A DNA stretch of 49,655 bases from a virus: positions 1 to 49,655 of the IMG/VR virus record IMGVR_UViG_3300045988_137874, one strand, 5' to 3'. Under the pieces are notes generated by a model. That model saw only the letters and a list, made by a program, of their open reading frames with translations. It had not been told where the DNA came from and made no database searches. This document shows positions 35,524 to 44,018 of this stretch, piece after piece. How positions within the stretch are numbered: position 1 is the stretch's first letter; each line of letters begins with the position of its first letter. The position numbers and the translations under genes were made by a program.

Positions 35524-35540
35524 AGCTCACGTATGGAGCT
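35524..35540 (-). promoter_or_regulatory. hairpin-motif site G (AGCTCCATACGTGAGCT on the minus strand)
   Basis: It lies about 45-60 nt upstream of the ATG at 35481. The 5-bp stem is AGCTC/GAGCT, and the CCATACG core is shared with site C. Confidence 0.35.
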
Positions 35541-35648
35541 TGCGTAATATGTGGCGGCGACTGTATGACATGGGGGTCGGGTTTAAAAATCTATATATAA
35601 GGTTATATTTATATATGTATGTAGTTACCTTTATGTTTGTGTGTTTCT

Positions 35649-35750
35649 AGTAAAACACCACAAAATTTAAAAAAGTGGCACAGAGTAAAACACCATCCAG
35701 AATTTAAAAATTTCTCAAGGAGTAAAACAACATAAATTTTAAAATCCCAC
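35649..35750. repeat. three tandem direct repeats AGTAAAACA[CA]CA-N3-5-AATTTAAAA, spaced 35 and 37 bp
   Basis: The copies start at 35649, 35684 and 35721 in the divergent early/late control region. Confidence 0.7.
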
Positions 35751-35784
35751 ACCCCCTCCCACCTAAAAGCCCTCCCCCTCACCC
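35746..35784. other. C-rich tract (G-rich on the minus strand) with quadruplex/i-motif potential
   Basis: The tract reads CCCACACCCCCTCCCACCTAAAAGCCCTCCCCCTCACCC. Six runs of at least 3 C occur within 39 nt of otherwise AT-rich intergenic DNA. Confidence 0.4.
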
Positions 35785-35792
35785 TAAAAACG

Positions 35793-35801
35793 TGTTATAA
35801 T
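35793..35801 (+). promoter_or_regulatory. extended -10 promoter element TGTTATAAT for the rightward arm
   Basis: A perfect TATAAT with a TG at the extended -10 position lies about 25 nt upstream of the ATG at 35826. The -35 element is poor. Confidence 0.5.
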
Positions 35802-35825
35802 ACCCACATATTAAGGGGGTATATT

Positions 35826-36221
35826 ATGAAAATCACAATTACAGAAACAAACGGACAGCTAGATTTCCAGCCAGAAGGCGATATTAACTTCGAGGATGGG
35901 ATCACCATGCTTCTAACTGCAGTATTAGGTCAGGCTAACAGCCTATTTGCTGCAGCAGAACAGGATGGAATGGATGCAGAAGGAGTTCAGTGCCTAAAAG
36001 AGGGCGTATATGACCGCTTCAACTACGCATTTGCTAGGGTCCTGGACGAGATTCTACCACCATCTAAAGAGTTTACGGAGAATCTAACTGCAGAAGCTAT
36101 CGTAAGAGCGGAAAATGAGCTGATTCAGGAAGCCTACGACCAGCTTTCGGAGGAAGATAAGGCTACACCTGTAGAATTTCCAAAGGCACCTGTAGAAATG
36201 GTAGAGGAAGAAGATGCTTAA
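35826..36221 (+). CDS. acidic hypothetical protein (small terminase candidate by position only)
   Basis: 131-aa ORF with an AAGGGGG RBS that overlaps the terminase start by 8 nt. It has no recognisable DNA-binding motif. Confidence 0.5.
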   Translation: MKITITETNGQLDFQPEGDINFEDGITMLLTAVLGQANSLFAAAEQDGMDAEGVQCLKEGVYDRFNYAFARVLDEILPPSKEFTENLTAEAIVRAENELIQEAYDQLSEEDKATPVEFPKAPVEMVEEEDA

Positions 36222-36475
36222 AGACATTGACCACTTCCTTGCAGAGGAAGATTTAGGTTTAGACGAGGTAGATCTATTAGCAGAGAGGATGCAGAGGTGT
36301 CCTCGCTGCGGAGCTCCTTGGCAAACTACTTTAGCCTTAAACGAAGGTCCGTCTGAATTTTGGAAAGAGTGTAGTAACCCGAAGTGCAATACGTACCTAA
36401 ATACGTATATGCCTCAGGCACACCAGTTCGAGTTCCACGAGGACGGGCATAGGTTTAAAGCTAACTTCGGAGGGT
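36214..36475 (+). CDS. terL: terminase large subunit, exon 1
   Basis: A zinc-ribbon-like segment CPRCGAPW...CSNPKCNTY is followed by ...HRFKANFGG. The track ORF stops at TAG 36475-77 in the middle of what should be the Walker A loop. The T at 36475 is the predicted last exon nucleotide. Confidence 0.8.
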
Positions 36476-37283
36476 AGAAAATCCGTAGCCCTCGGTAAAT
36501 TCGGCAAAATCGGTGGAAGACTAGAACAGTTAATACCGAGGTAACTAGCACCTTAACAAGTGTTAGCACCGTAACGCATAGGCGTTGAAACTCACAGAGA
36601 ATATAACACGCCCACGAGTGCCGAACTGTTATGTAGCTTGACTCTACAAAACATAATTGTTACACTTAAAATAAAAAAGGCAAAAGCTAAAAGGAGACAA
36701 TTATGTTTAAGGATGTCAAAGGATTTGAAGGACTTTATCAGGTAAATGAAGAAGGTGTAATAGTAAGTACCCCTAGAAATGGGAATGGATATAAGGAACA
36801 CATTATGAGCCATTCTACAGATTCAGACGGGTATGCGGTGTGTAAACTACGTAATAAAGATAAGGTTATTACTAAAAAGATACACAGAGCTGTTGCTGAA
36901 GCCCATCTTCCTAATCCAGATAATAAGCCTCAGATTAACCACAAGGACGGAAATAAAAAGAACAACCACATAAGCAACCTAGAATGGGTGACTGCTTCTG
37001 AAAATATTAGACACGCTAGACAGTTAGGCTTACAGAAGACGCAAGGAGAAAAAGCTGTAAGACAGGTTGATAAACAAACAGGTGCCACACTAGCTGTGTT
37101 TAGGAGTATGAAAGAAGCAGAGAGACAAACAGGCATAGGTTGGACTGGTATTTCCGCAACTGTACGAGGAGTACGTAAAAGTGCAGGTGGTTATTTCTGG
37201 GAACTACATACAGAAAATATATGCTGAACTATATGGGGACATATAGAGCTATAGGATAAAAAGCCTATAGGGTAACAACATTG
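36476..37283 (+). mobile_element. group I intron (808 nt) carrying an HNH homing endonuclease ORF
   Basis: P1: exon GAGGGT (36470-75) pairs with intron GCCCTC (36488-93), with a U-G wobble at the splice site. P10: intron CCGT (36483-86) pairs with the 3' exon ACGG (37284-87). The intron ends in G (37283). Joining gives GGG-TAC-GGT-AGT-GGT-AAG-ACT, which is G-Y-G-S-G-K-T, in frame. Confidence 0.8.
36703..37227 (+). CDS. HNH homing endonuclease (NUMOD4-like N-terminus, HNH_3 core, C-terminal NUMOD1/IENR-like helix)
   Basis: The N-terminus is FEGLYQVNEEGVIVS. The HNH core is INHKDGNKKNNHISNLEWVTASEN. The C-terminus is FRSMKEAERQTGI. It has an AAGGAGA RBS and lies wholly inside the intron. Confidence 0.85.
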   Translation: MFKDVKGFEGLYQVNEEGVIVSTPRNGNGYKEHIMSHSTDSDGYAVCKLRNKDKVITKKIHRAVAEAHLPNPDNKPQINHKDGNKKNNHISNLEWVTASENIRHARQLGLQKTQGEKAVRQVDKQTGATLAVFRSMKEAERQTGIGWTGISATVRGVRKSAGGYFWELHTENIC

Positions 37284-38710
37284 ACGGTAGTGGTAAGACT
37301 TTAACCTCCAGACAGGAGATTTATAAACACATTTTCCTAACTCCAAATGGGACGGGAGTTATTGGAGCTAATGTAAGTTCGCAGTATGAGCAGACAATTA
37401 AGAGGGAAATAGAAGCAGATATCCCTAAAGCGTTTATAGCCAAGGTTAGTACCCAGAAGAACTACTACGAGTTTAAGAACGGGTACAGACTTCTGTTTAG
37501 ACCTTTTGACGATCCAGATAAACTGCGTTCTTATAATGTAGATTTGTTTGTAATTCTGGAGGCATCTGAAGTTAAGCAGGCTAGTTTCACGCAGCTAAAA
37601 ACGAGACTACGTAATAAGGCAGCTATGCTTCAGAAGAAGGATGAGGACGGGTCACTACTCTTTAGAAAAGCCAAGAACGGAGCGAAGATTCCTGTAATTG
37701 AACAGGAGTGGCTTGAGGGGATTATTGAGAGTAATCCGGACGCAGGATGGATTAGAGACGAGGTGCTTTTAAACTCCGAGGAGATATATAAGCACGGGGA
37801 TGTTCTAGATGAGATTCATATAGAGGAGTCTAGGAAAGACCCTATGATTTCTACGCACATAACTGCGACATCAGCTAACGAGTTTCTTCCGGCAGACTTT
37901 ATAGAGCAGAACACAAAGAACAAACCGTTATGGTGGGTTAACAGGTTTATCTACGGGAGCTTTCTTTACGCAGAGGGGCTTGTATATCCAAACTACGCAA
38001 AGTGTTTTGTAGATGACTATGACATACCTCCGCAGTGGAAAAGAGTTATAGCATTTGACTACGGGCTTGTAGACCCATCTGTTTTCTTATTCTGTGCTGT
38101 AGATATGGAGCACAACAAAGCAGTCATCTACAAAGAGGTAAGGATTAATGACAAGAACGTAGAAGAACTGGCTATGCTTTTCCACCATGAGTGTAGGGAC
38201 ATTCCTATGGGAGGTATGTGGATTCCACCTATCATTGACCCGAAGTCTGGACCTAAACGAGATTATGAGAAGAAGTCTTTAGCAGATCACTTCCTAGATT
38301 ACGGAATAGCTTTTCAGCCGGGAACAGTAAACGTTGAGGCTAGAATGTTTAGGCTTAATACTTACATTGAGTCAGGAAGACTGGAGATGTTTAACTCTTG
38401 CGTAGACTTACGAGAGGAGTTATCTAAATACAGATTCCAAAAAGACTCTGGGGCAGAGTTCGGATTTACTAACAAACCTATAGATAAAAACAACCACGCC
38501 ATTAACGCACTTGAGTGGATTACTATGGAGTTACCTAGTGACCCCCAGAATTTAATAAATGGAGTGTACGCTAAAACAGGAAATAGGCTTGACACCGCAA
38601 GTGCAAGTGACGAAGATAAGGTTGCTTTTTATGCACTTACAGATGACGAGGATTTAGAGTATAATACTCTTGTAAAGGAAACACCGTTCGAAATAACGGA
38701 GTGGTATTAA
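37284..38710 (+). CDS. terL: terminase large subunit, exon 2
   Basis: The frame is open upstream of the track start back to 37271. It reads (Y)GSGKTLTSRQE (Walker A) and DLFVILEASE (Walker B). The RNase-H-like nuclease half shows VIAFDYGLVDPSV and NNHAINALEW. Confidence 0.85.
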
Positions 38711-38732
38711 CGCCAGCTAATAAGGAGGAACT

Positions 38733-39041
38733 ATGGTTTATGCAAACACTATTATATTAATTATCATTGCTATGTGCTTATTGGTAGGGCTTGTTATGTT
38801 AGCTACTGTTAGTTTACACTTAGCCAGAACCTGTCATATATTAGATAGAGTAACTAAGGCATCAGAGGAAGCACAGATGCGACCTCAAAAGATATGTACG
38901 TTAGAATCTATAAATGAAACTACACCTGAAACAGAAGAAGCTAACGATAAGCTCAATGAGGATAAGCCAGAGTTTGAGGGACTTATTGAAGTTATTAACG
39001 ACATTATGTTAGGAGATGAGCATGAGCAAAGCAGAAGATAA
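38733..39041 (+). CDS. small membrane protein (N-terminal TM, acidic tail)
   Basis: 102-aa ORF with an AAGGAGG RBS and the TM helix ANTIILIIIAMCLLVGLVMLATV. Confidence 0.5.
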   Translation: MVYANTIILIIIAMCLLVGLVMLATVSLHLARTCHILDRVTKASEEAQMRPQKICTLESINETTPETEEANDKLNEDKPEFEGLIEVINDIMLGDEHEQSRR

Positions 39042-40830
39042 GAAGCGTGAAGAGCGTGAAGCTGACAACAAAGTAGTGAAAGAGTGCAGAGGGTACTGGG
39101 AAAGATGTGCACCGCTATACAGCAGAGCTATTAAGAAGATTCAGCTTTTAGACGCAACCGACAACGGAGATATGTGGAGAGCACTTAAAGCAAAGTTCCC
39201 AAACTTTCAGGTTCTTCCGGACTCTAACTGGGTTAGCTACATTAAGAATAATATCCTAGCGTCACTGTACACTACGACAAAGAGTGCAGAGCTGACCTTT
39301 ACATCTGAACTAGATAAGGAAGCTATTACGCACATTAATGTAGCACTAGAGCACATCTGGGATACTGACAGCGTAGGGTACTATCAGTTCCTAGCAGGAG
39401 AGCGTGCAGCACTAACCAACATGGGAATTACACAGGTAGGTTGGGACGACAGTTTTAGAGAAGGCAAGCGTAAAGGTAAGGTTGCCTTTAAGAACATTGA
39501 CCCGATTAACTTTAGGAGGGATCCTTACGCAACTGATTTAGACTCTGCGAAGTGGTGTGCTATTGTTGAGGTATACGACAAGTATTACTTTAAGGCACAC
39601 CCACTATATAAGGAAGCGTTTAATAAGTACGCAGGTAAGGATGACGTAGCAACAACCTTTAGCAAACCTGAGTACATTTCAGGACCAGTTAAGACTGGAG
39701 GCGAAAATCACCACGCACTACTTATTTACTGGGTTAAGCAGGACAACGGTAAGATTAATGAGTACCACATTTTAGATAATGAATATCTACTACATAAGAA
39801 GGAAGACATTAGACCAAGTAAATTCCCATTCGCAATTCTGTACTGTAACTTACCTAGTGCAGGTCTTATAGGTACATCAGAGCCAGCAAAGATATTTGCA
39901 AACTCTGTAGCTTATAACACACTTAACTCTGTAGCACTTACTGCGGAGTATAAGAACCAGAGACCTCCTAAATTTGTAAGCACACAGTCAGGACTTAACG
40001 TTCAGGCATTTGCTAAACACGGAGATGAAGCAGACAGAACATTTATTGTAAATGGAGATGCTTCTAAAGCTGTACACTACCACCAGTTCCCTACTGTATC
40101 TAATACACTTGATAAGGAACTCATGAATCTAGCTAAAGACATTCAGGACGTTTCAGGAGTAGATGGTAGATATACAGGTAGAGACACAGGAAGTATTATT
40201 ACTACAGGCGGAACAGAGGAGATGCTTAACAGAGTTACGCTCGTAGACACTCCGAAGATTATGCTATTTGAGCGTTACGCTAAACAGCTAACTGATTTAG
40301 TTCTGCGTAATATGATTGAGTTCTCACCAGCTAGGACTTATATTACAAAAGAAAAAGGAACTAACGAGTACGTAGAGCTAACTATAGACTTCCCAGAGAT
40401 TCCGGATTCAGTTGCACTGAACTACAACATTCAGATTAGTTCAGAGCTTCCAAAGAATAAGCAGAGAGTTATGGCGTGGGCTAACACGCTTATGGAAAAA
40501 CAAATGCAGTATCAGGAAGCTAACATGCAGGTGGATCTAATTACTGCAGAAGAGTGGCTCATGTATCAGGACGTACCTTATAAAGAACAACTCCTAGAGC
40601 GTATGGGTATTCAAAGAGAAACTTCTATCCTAGAAGAAACTGCACAGAGCATCTATGAATATGGAGAAATGATTGACCAAGGTATGGCTCCTGAAGATGC
40701 ACTACTTCAGACCGCACAAGGCGTCATGAATAGAAGGCAAGGACAGCCAACACCATTAGAAGAGAACACTGCACTAACACCACAGACCTCACTCTCTCCA
40801 GATAATTTAACTGGAGGGGTTGAGATATAG
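39016..40830 (+). CDS. portal protein (putative)
   Basis: 604 aa, placed between terminase and scaffold/capsid with an acidic C-terminal tail. The call rests on size and synteny only. Confidence 0.6.
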   Translation: MSMSKAEDKKREEREADNKVVKECRGYWERCAPLYSRAIKKIQLLDATDNGDMWRALKAKFPNFQVLPDSNWVSYIKNNILASLYTTTKSAELTFTSELDKEAITHINVALEHIWDTDSVGYYQFLAGERAALTNMGITQVGWDDSFREGKRKGKVAFKNIDPINFRRDPYATDLDSAKWCAIVEVYDKYYFKAHPLYKEAFNKYAGKDDVATTFSKPEYISGPVKTGGENHHALLIYWVKQDNGKINEYHILDNEYLLHKKEDIRPSKFPFAILYCNLPSAGLIGTSEPAKIFANSVAYNTLNSVALTAEYKNQRPPKFVSTQSGLNVQAFAKHGDEADRTFIVNGDASKAVHYHQFPTVSNTLDKELMNLAKDIQDVSGVDGRYTGRDTGSIITTGGTEEMLNRVTLVDTPKIMLFERYAKQLTDLVLRNMIEFSPARTYITKEKGTNEYVELTIDFPEIPDSVALNYNIQISSELPKNKQRVMAWANTLMEKQMQYQEANMQVDLITAEEWLMYQDVPYKEQLLERMGIQRETSILEETAQSIYEYGEMIDQGMAPEDALLQTAQGVMNRRQGQPTPLEENTALTPQTSLSPDNLTGGVEI

Positions 40831-40864
40831 GATAGTTGTGATTAACTATTTTATCTTCCTTACA

Positions 40865-40897
40865 AGTAGTCTAGTTGACACTAGGCTACTTTTTTTA
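40865..40897 (+). terminator. rho-independent terminator after the portal gene
   Basis: The 10-bp stem AGTAGTCTAG/CTAGGCTACT (one G-U pair) has a 6-nt loop and is followed by T7. Confidence 0.75.
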
Positions 40898-41001
40898 TAT
40901 TATTATTGCAGCAAGTATATTGGTTTCCACTAGCCTTAAATTAGTGTGTATGTTATTTGCTCTCCACGTAATCGTTGTAGCGAAAGGAGTATATACAACA
41001 G

Positions 41002-41796
41002 ATGGAAGATAACAACCAGACACTATCCGCAGAAGAGCAGGCTTTCGTAGATTCCCTTGGCTCAACTGCACCACCAGAAGGTGATCCAGCACCTAGCGGA
41101 CAGGAACCCGACCCAGTAGAACCACAGGAACCTGAAGGTTCTACAGAAGGACAGGAACCTGAACCACAGAATACATCTGGAGATGACGCTGATGTTGATG
41201 CACTACTTGGAGATGATCCTAAAGACGCAAACAAAGCATTTGCTTCTATGCGTGTTAAGAACAAAGAACTCACAGGTATTGTAAACAGCATTGCTTCAGT
41301 TATTGGACTAGACCCTGCACAGATGTCAGCAGACGAGCTAAAGACAGCCATGAATCAGGCTATACTAGAAGCTCAGTCAAAGCAGACAAACATTCCTAAA
41401 GAGTTTCTAGATAGACTTAACTACCTAGAGAACCAGAACAAGGAACGTGAGGCAGAGAGATACCACGCTGAAGCTAGAAATGGGCTTCTTGCTATTAAGC
41501 AGCAGTACGGTGCTTCGCAGGAAGAACTAACAGAGTTTCTCTCAAACCTAGCACAGGACGGAATTGATCCTATGCACCAAGCTGTAGACCTAGCAACAGA
41601 ATACGTTAAACGTAACTTTGATAAGGTTGTTGCAGCACAGGTTGAAGCTAAAGTTAATGCAGAGTTAGAGCGTAGGGATAAGGCTAAAGCGCAGGCTAGT
41701 ACTCCTAACAACTCTACAAGCAAGGCTCCAGAAAACGGGGCTGAAATAAATAGCGTAAAGGATTTCGAGAGAGCACTAAATAACTTAACACTATAA
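41002..41796 (+). CDS. scaffolding protein (putative)
   Basis: 264 aa with an acidic, Pro/Glu-rich N-terminus and a helical, coiled-coil-like remainder, directly upstream of the capsid gene. The call is positional and compositional. Confidence 0.55.
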   Translation: MEDNNQTLSAEEQAFVDSLGSTAPPEGDPAPSGQEPDPVEPQEPEGSTEGQEPEPQNTSGDDADVDALLGDDPKDANKAFASMRVKNKELTGIVNSIASVIGLDPAQMSADELKTAMNQAILEAQSKQTNIPKEFLDRLNYLENQNKEREAERYHAEARNGLLAIKQQYGASQEELTEFLSNLAQDGIDPMHQAVDLATEYVKRNFDKVVAAQVEAKVNAELERRDKAKAQASTPNNSTSKAPENGAEINSVKDFERALNNLTL

Positions 41797-41816
41797 TTTA
41801 ATAAGGAGAAAGTATT

Positions 41817-43031
41817 ATGGCAAACGGAGCACTATACTTGAACGCAAGCAATTCACAGGCTAACCTTAACCGAATGATTGACCTTGCGAACGGACAGACA
41901 AATCTGACCAACCCTGAAATCTTCTACTCGAAGCAGGTGCTTGACACTATCCAGATGGATGCTGACAACTACGTGTACTACAGATACGCAGATGAGACAC
42001 CTATTCAGGAAAAGGCAGACAAGCTAACACTACGCAGATGGGCACCACTTCAGGCTCACACCACACCACTTCAGGAAGGAGTACCTCCTGTTTCTGATAA
42101 GGGTTCAGTAGAGAAATACGAACTTACTGCAAAGCAGTACGGACGTTTCATGGAGTTTACCGACCGAGTTAGTTTCGCTGTAGTAGACCCTGTGATTGCA
42201 CACTACACTAGACAGTACGCTATCGTAGCTATTGAGACTCTTGATATGCTTGCTAGAGAAACTCTTCTTGCAACAGCACAGAAGCAGTACGCAAAGGCAG
42301 CAAAGGACTTCGAGGCACTAACAGTAGCATCTGTTCCTAACCTCACTGACCTACGTATGATCGTACTTCAGATGAAGAAGGCACTCGTAAAGCCAAGAAC
42401 TAATGGAAGATTCCACGTTATTGGTTCTCCAGAGTTCTACTTCGACATGATCTCTGACCCTACAGTGGAGCAGTACATGAAGATTAATCAGACTACAGCT
42501 ACAATGTACTCTGATACAAAGCTCGTTCCTCTATTCGATATGGAGTTCTACGAGACCATGGCTGTTCCTACATCAGGAGAGTTCATGAAGAACGGTGTAC
42601 TCAACCTACGTGTATTTAGAAAGAATGGAGCTACATACCAGTACGACTCTGTTCCTAGCACAGACGCAACTGTGTATAAGAAGGAGACAGGTTACGTAAA
42701 GGATGCAAGAACAAAGCAGGATGCTTCTTGGATTCCTGACCACGTAACTTGGGATGTATCCAAGTACACTGGAGGCAGTAACAGGGACTGGAGAGAGTTC
42801 AAGGCACAGCACATTCTTGTGCTCGGTAAGGACGCTCTTATCAGAACTGGTCTTGCAGGCGAAGGAAATACCAAGGTTTACACCAAGCCACTAGGCTCCA
42901 CTGGTGTTCTGGATCCTATCGACCAGAGACAGTCCATTGGATTCAAGATCAACTCTGTAGGTTTTGGAACCGTAAGACTCGAAGCTGTAGTAGACTACAT
43001 CTGCGTACCAACACAGGTAAATGTACTATAG
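41817..43031 (+). CDS. major capsid protein (putative, HK97-fold class)
   Basis: 404 aa with an AAGGAGA RBS and high-expression-type codon usage. It follows the scaffold gene, and a terminator lies one gene downstream. The call rests on synteny and size. Confidence 0.65.
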   Translation: MANGALYLNASNSQANLNRMIDLANGQTNLTNPEIFYSKQVLDTIQMDADNYVYYRYADETPIQEKADKLTLRRWAPLQAHTTPLQEGVPPVSDKGSVEKYELTAKQYGRFMEFTDRVSFAVVDPVIAHYTRQYAIVAIETLDMLARETLLATAQKQYAKAAKDFEALTVASVPNLTDLRMIVLQMKKALVKPRTNGRFHVIGSPEFYFDMISDPTVEQYMKINQTTATMYSDTKLVPLFDMEFYETMAVPTSGEFMKNGVLNLRVFRKNGATYQYDSVPSTDATVYKKETGYVKDARTKQDASWIPDHVTWDVSKYTGGSNRDWREFKAQHILVLGKDALIRTGLAGEGNTKVYTKPLGSTGVLDPIDQRQSIGFKINSVGFGTVRLEAVVDYICVPTQVNVL

Positions 43032-43049
43032 TATAGAGAGGAGTATATA

Positions 43050-43523
43050 ATGGCAAAGAAAGATGTCGTTACCTCCGAAATCACAGCAGAAGCTCCTGAC
43101 AATCAGGAGCCTGCTATGGTTTCAGCAGAGGAAGTAAATAAGCTAGTTCAGGACGCTGTAGCCAAAGCACTTGCAGAAGCAGACAGCACAAAGAAGTCTC
43201 TGGAGGATGTAGCAGCACCTAATCTGATTGATGCACAGAAGCAGAAGGCAGAGGTGTACAAAGAGTACATGGAAGAGGAGATGGTAGACATCTATCTATC
43301 TCCTGCATACAGAGGACGCTTTGGAAACGTAATGCCTGTCACAATCAACGGTATTACAATCATGTTCCCTGTAGATGGTTCTCTTCAGAGAGTCCCTGCT
43401 ACATTTGCTGATGAGATTAACAACAGACGTGTTCTCGCAGATCAGCTTGATTACAAGACAGATATTATGAGTAATATTTCTGGTAATGTAGAAAGCACTC
43501 CGGGTGAACTAGAGCTTGTATAA
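43050..43523 (+). CDS. head-associated protein (decoration or accessory, putative)
   Basis: 157-aa ORF with a GAGGAG RBS between the capsid gene and a strong terminator. Confidence 0.45.
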   Translation: MAKKDVVTSEITAEAPDNQEPAMVSAEEVNKLVQDAVAKALAEADSTKKSLEDVAAPNLIDAQKQKAEVYKEYMEEEMVDIYLSPAYRGRFGNVMPVTINGITIMFPVDGSLQRVPATFADEINNRRVLADQLDYKTDIMSNISGNVESTPGELELV

Positions 43524-43534
43524 CGCAGCTAAAG

Positions 43535-43562
43535 AAGGGACATTAAGTTGTCCCTCTTTTTA
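43535..43562 (+). terminator. rho-independent terminator after the capsid module
   Basis: The stem is AGGGACA/TGTCCCT (43536-42 / 43549-55), followed by CTTTTTATTT. Confidence 0.75.
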
Positions 43563-43577
43563 TTTAAGGAGTTATAT

Positions 43578-44018
43578 ATGAACGTAAATAAAATAGTACT
43601 ACAAGTGAATAGACTGCTTGGTGATGAGCTGTATCCTTACAGTAAGCTAGAGCAGTTTCTAGATGCTGTGGTGGATGAGATTAATGACCAGCTCTCTGCG
43701 TGCTTTCCTGTATTTAGTGAGGTTGTAGATAACCCTACAGATACAGATATTGAGTATGACTATTTTCCTGATAAGTATATTAGAGAAGTAGTAATTAAAG
43801 GAGCTGCATATAAATTTTATACACAGGACGAGGAAGGTATCCCTACCGCTAACCAGTACGGCATAGAGTATAAGGATGCACTATTTGTTATGCTACGAGA
43901 TTATGTACGTGAGGTTCCTGCTGAGTTCAGAGTAGACCATATTGCAGCAGTAGACACTAACTTTGAGAATTTAAGTGAGCTTGAGATAGAGCCTATACTT
44001 ACAGGGTGGTGGTTCTAA
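43578..44018 (+). CDS. virion protein (head-tail connector candidate)
   Basis: The ATG at 43578 is preceded by AAGGAG. The track start at 43548 (TTG) lies inside the terminator hairpin and is rejected. Confidence 0.5.
   Translation: MNVNKIVLQVNRLLGDELYPYSKLEQFLDAVVDEINDQLSACFPVFSEVVDNPTDTDIEYDYFPDKYIREVVIKGAAYKFYTQDEEGIPTANQYGIEYKDALFVMLRDYVREVPAEFRVDHIAAVDTNFENLSELEIEPILTGWWF

Noticed and set aside
36592-36813. Track ORF 36592..36813 (-) inside the terminase intron
   Set aside because: It is antisense to the intron and to the start of the HNH gene, it is hydrophobic and low in complexity, and it has no RBS.
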